Shown here: piece by piece, positions 28,670 to 31,522 of the stretch | How the letters are laid out: each line of letters opens with the position of its first letter | How positions within the stretch are numbered: position 1 is the stretch's first letter | From: Capsulimonadales bacterium | GTDB lineage: Bacteria; Armatimonadota; Armatimonadia; Armatimonadales; Armatimonadaceae | Reading direction: 5' to 3' | DNA length: 31,522 nucleotides | NCBI GenBank assembly: GCA_033762295.1 | Contig: JANRLW010000053.1 | Location: 1 to 31,522, forward strand | Made by a program: the position numbers and the translations under genes | Notes under the pieces: generated by a model | Seen by the model: only the letters and a program-made list of their open reading frames with translations | Databases searched by the model: none | What the model was told of the DNA's origin: nothing

Positions 28670-29566
28670 TCAGGGCGACTCGGGGAGAGGAGTCCACGAA
28701 AGGCCGTCGGCGGATTCGAGCAGGCCGAAGCGGCTGATGCCGTCGGTAGCCTCGCCCATCAGGATCATCCGGTAGGTATCGCCCTCCTCCCAGACACAGG
28801 GCGCACCGTAGCGCGCCGCCATCCAGGACTGCCGTGGCAGGTCGAGCCGACCGAGGGGTGTCCAGGTCAGAAGGTCCTCCGAGCGCGCGGCGGCCAGTCG
28901 CGGTTCGGCCAGACCTTCGGTGTAGATCATTCGCCACCCATCCTCGGCGGGGAAGACGGTGACGTTCTCGACGCCGTCCGGAGCGGTCTCCGACGGGCCG
29001 ATCAGCGGACGGTCGCGGGTCGTGATCTCCCAGAAGCGCAGGTCGGGATCGACGGTGAAGGCGTGTCCGAGGAGGTTCGCGTCGACGTCGCCGTGGCCCG
29101 CACCCGTGCCGACAAACCAGCAGTGGAGAGTGGGCGGGCCGGAGCCGCCGGGCAGAAAGACGAGGGTCGGGTCGATCACATGTTCGGCGCGGTTCCAGGG
29201 AAGATCGGCCGCTTCGTCGAGGAACGGCTGCGGGTCGCTCCAGTGCTTGCCGTTCCGGCTTTCGCTGAAGTGCAGGCGCGCAGGGTGTTCCGGAAAGCTA
29301 TGGTAGGGGAGAATCCAGCGGTCGTGCCAGCGGACGACGTCGCCGGGCGAGGCGAAGCCTTTGGGCGTGACGTCGTGGTCGCCGTGAAACTCGATGAAAT
29401 CGCGGGTGTAGACGGCGGCGACGGCCCAGTTCTCACGTCGATCCGGTTGCCGGTTGGACAGGCGGGTGTAGTAGAGTTTGTAGAGGGATTCCTCCACCCG
29501 GACGACCATCGGGTCGCACAGATGGTCGCTGGTCTCCCAGACCGGGTTACGGAGTGTCTTTTCCAT
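28670..29566 (-). CDS. Glycoside hydrolase-like five-bladed beta-propeller (GH43/32/130 clan-like)
   Basis: LCDPMVV, IDPTL, GVENVTV, Asp-box-like SEDLLTW / SADGLSW / SRNGKHW repeats. Confidence 0.7.
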   Translation of the reverse strand: MEKTLRNPVWETSDHLCDPMVVRVEESLYKLYYTRLSNRQPDRRENWAVAAVYTRDFIEFHGDHDVTPKGFASPGDVVRWHDRWILPYHSFPEHPARLHFSESRNGKHWSDPQPFLDEAADLPWNRAEHVIDPTLVFLPGGSGPPTLHCWFVGTGAGHGDVDANLLGHAFTVDPDLRFWEITTRDRPLIGPSETAPDGVENVTVFPAEDGWRMIYTEGLAEPRLAAARSEDLLTWTPLGRLDLPRQSWMAARYGAPCVWEEGDTYRMILMGEATDGISRFGLLESADGLSWTPLPESP

Positions 29567-29593
29567 GACGTTGCTCCGGGATGAAAAGGGACG

Positions 29594-29645
29594 AAAAAGC
29601 CGTCGCGTTTTCTCTTAATTCGTGAAAGACGCGACGGCTTCCTTT
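29594..29645 (-). terminator. Terminator after lipoprotein/prepilin genes
   Basis: AAGCCGTCGCGT...ACGCGACGGCTT stem with a T-tract on the minus strand. Confidence 0.65.
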
Positions 29646-29681
29646 GCCCGGTGTCCGGGGAACGGTTCGGTTTACTTACGT

Positions 29682-29819
29682 TTACTTACTGGTGCTGCGG
29701 TCCGTGGTGTTCGGCGCGGCCTGCTTTCCCGGGGTGTCCGAGGTCGGCGGTTCGCCGGAGCATCCGGCGACCAGCGACAGGGCGACCAGCAAGAGTACGG
29801 GAAGAAGCCTTTTCCTCAT
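29682..29819 (-). CDS. 45-aa lipoprotein (not in ORF track)
   Basis: MRKRLLPVLLLVALSLVAGCSGEPPTSDTPGKQAAPNTTDRSTSK; lipobox VAG|C; GGAGG RBS just after the upstream stop. Confidence 0.75.
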   Translation of the reverse strand: MRKRLLPVLLLVALSLVAGCSGEPPTSDTPGKQAAPNTTDRSTSK

Positions 29820-29831
29820 TGCGGTCCTCCG

Positions 29832-30737
29832 TTACGGGGCGACCAGCCCGTTCTTGCAGTTGTACGGGTTGTTGCCGCCGTCGAACTCCGAGAAGTAGGA
29901 GCAGACGTCGGGAAGGACGGACGGCTGATTGGCGTCGAAGGTTCCGCCGGTCAGCGGGTTGGGGCCGCCACCGGCCAGGATCGTGTTGTTGAAGCGGTAG
30001 AACTTGGCGTGTCCGTCGACGTATACGGCGTTGTTACCGCCGCTGTGCCGGGGCCAGTTGGCCTTGCGGGCCGCGTCGCACGGGCTGCCGATGTTCAGGT
30101 TCAGGTCGCCGCGTCCGAGACCGGCCACGGTGGTATCGGCGGTATCGCCGAGAAGGATGACGCTCGCCGGAGCCGCGACGGCAGCCAGGTTCTTGCCGAT
30201 CATCGGGCGGGTGCGGTAGCGGGCGGTGAACGTCTGGCCGTTGATGACGGTGTCATGGGTGCCGGTCAGGTCGGGACCGACGTAGGCTTCGGTAAGACCG
30301 GTGTTGTTGTTCCAGTCGCAGCCGGTGTTGTAGCCGTAGCCCCACATATTCAGTTCACGATACGGGTTGTCGATACCGCCGGGCGCCAGGTTCGGGTTGT
30401 TGCAGGCGGTGGAGATACCGGTGGACGTCGTCGGGTTGGACGGGCAGAACAGGATCTTGGTGTTCTTCATGTACGGCTGGGTGTAGAACGAGAAGTCACC
30501 GGGGAAACCGAACGACCAGGAGGTGACCAGTCGCTCATCGTAGTCCTGGATGTACATCAGGTGCGCCAGGCCGACCTGCTTGACGTTGGAGAGGCACGAC
30601 GTCTGGCGGGCTTTTTCGCGCGCCTGAGCGAAGACCGGGAAGAGGATCGCGGCCAGAATCGCGAAAATCGCGATGACGACGAGCAGTTCGATCAGCGTGA
30701 AACCGGAGGTTTGCGCGGGGGCAAACGTTTTTCGCAT
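29832..30737 (-). CDS. DUF1559-type prepilin cleavage/methylation protein with H-X9-DG motif
   Basis: [56 protein letters not shown]. Confidence 0.93.
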   Translation of the reverse strand: MRKTFAPAQTSGFTLIELLVVIAIFAILAAILFPVFAQAREKARQTSCLSNVKQVGLAHLMYIQDYDERLVTSWSFGFPGDFSFYTQPYMKNTKILFCPSNPTTSTGISTACNNPNLAPGGIDNPYRELNMWGYGYNTGCDWNNNTGLTEAYVGPDLTGTHDTVINGQTFTARYRTRPMIGKNLAAVAAPASVILLGDTADTTVAGLGRGDLNLNIGSPCDAARKANWPRHSGGNNAVYVDGHAKFYRFNNTILAGGGPNPLTGGTFDANQPSVLPDVCSYFSEFDGGNNPYNCKNGLVAP

Positions 30738-30842
30738 AACGGACTCCTAAAGCGTATGGTGACAGGACGGGCGATCGGTGCGCGACGACGCGCGAAGGAC
30801 GACGGTGGTGTGCGAAGGCTCCTCGGTTCTTCCATGTTCCCC

Positions 30843-31522
30843 TTACTGTGTTCTCAAATCGTTTTTACAGTTGCCCGGATTGTTGCTGCCGTCGAATTCG
30901 TGGAAGTAGCCACAGACATCGGGCAGAACGGACGGGTCGCCGTCGGCGAGCGGACGATCGTTGTACCGGTACCATCCGGCGTGTCCGTCGGTATAGACGG
31001 CGTTGTTTCCTTCGTTATGGCGCGGCCAGTTGAACTTTCTCAGGCGATCGCAGGCGTCGTCCTGGGGCGACGGGCGGTGCAGATGGAACCGTCCGAGTCC
31101 GACCACGACGGTGTCGCTGGAGTCGCTGACCAGGAGGACCCGGCTCGGCGCGCCGATCCTGGCGGTCGGAATTCCGAGCAGCGGTCGTTCCCGATAGCGG
31201 ACGTTCACCTTTCTTCCGCCGACGACGATATCGTACGTTCCGGTCAGGCGATAGGAGGCGTTCAACGTCAGACCGGTATCGTTGGCCCATTGATGGCCGG
31301 TGTTATAGCCGTAGCCCCACATCCGGGTTTCGCCGGTCGGGTTATCGACGTTGCCGGGGAGGTAGTTCGGGTTGCAGTAGCGACCGTAGGCTTCGGCGCT
31401 GGCGGGAAACGACGGGCAATGCAGGATATCGAAGTTCCGCAGGTAAGGTTGAATATACCAGGAGAACTCGCCGGGAAACCCGTAGGACCAGGAGGTCACG
31501 GTGACCGAGTCGTTGTCCTGCC
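30843..31522 (-). CDS. Paralogous DUF1559/H-X9-DG prepilin protein, 5' part outside window
   Basis: [45 protein letters not shown] shared with 29832-30737; the frame stays open to the window end. Confidence 0.88.
   Translation of the reverse strand, partial: QDNDSVTVTSWSYGFPGEFSWYIQPYLRNFDILHCPSFPASAEAYGRYCNPNYLPGNVDNPTGETRMWGYGYNTGHQWANDTGLTLNASYRLTGTYDIVVGGRKVNVRYRERPLLGIPTARIGAPSRVLLVSDSSDTVVVGLGRFHLHRPSPQDDACDRLRKFNWPRHNEGNNAVYTDGHAGWYRYNDRPLADGDPSVLPDVCGYFHEFDGSNNPGNCKNDLRTQ

Overview
GC-rich bacterial window. The paralogous DUF1559/H-X9-DG prepilin genes suggest an Armatimonadota- or Planctomycetota-like organism (inference). The left 8.6 kb is a minus-strand type I-C CRISPR-Cas locus: WYL regulator, cas3, a ~0.9 kb lower-GC insert, cas5c, cas8c (with probable internal cas11c), cas7, then an array of identical 37-bp repeats. 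No cas4/cas1/cas2 is present. The cas3-cas5 insert is the most interesting part. It holds a near-consensus sigma70 promoter and a degenerate but structurally intact CRISPR repeat, followed by a ~35-nt spacer and a second hairpin. That spacer resembles a TTC-PAM-flanked site just downstream of the same promoter. An orphan PD-(D/E)XK-like gene with an occluded RBS follows. Together this looks like a CreTA/CreR-like, Cascade-repressed module. A shared palindrome plus -10 motif precedes both cas3 and cas5 and is a candidate WYL site. The rest of the window holds a cobA-hemD fusion, a ring-cleaving dioxygenase, a PilV-PilW-PilX-PilW-PilX minor-pilin cluster with Pro/Thr tails next to two GT-C/PMT-type glycosyltransferases, a RidA-family gene, rpoN, mnmG, an inverted-domain photolyase with DUF2256, a beta-propeller glycosidase, a tiny lipoprotein and two DUF1559 prepilins. 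All calls come from reading the sequence; no database searches were run.
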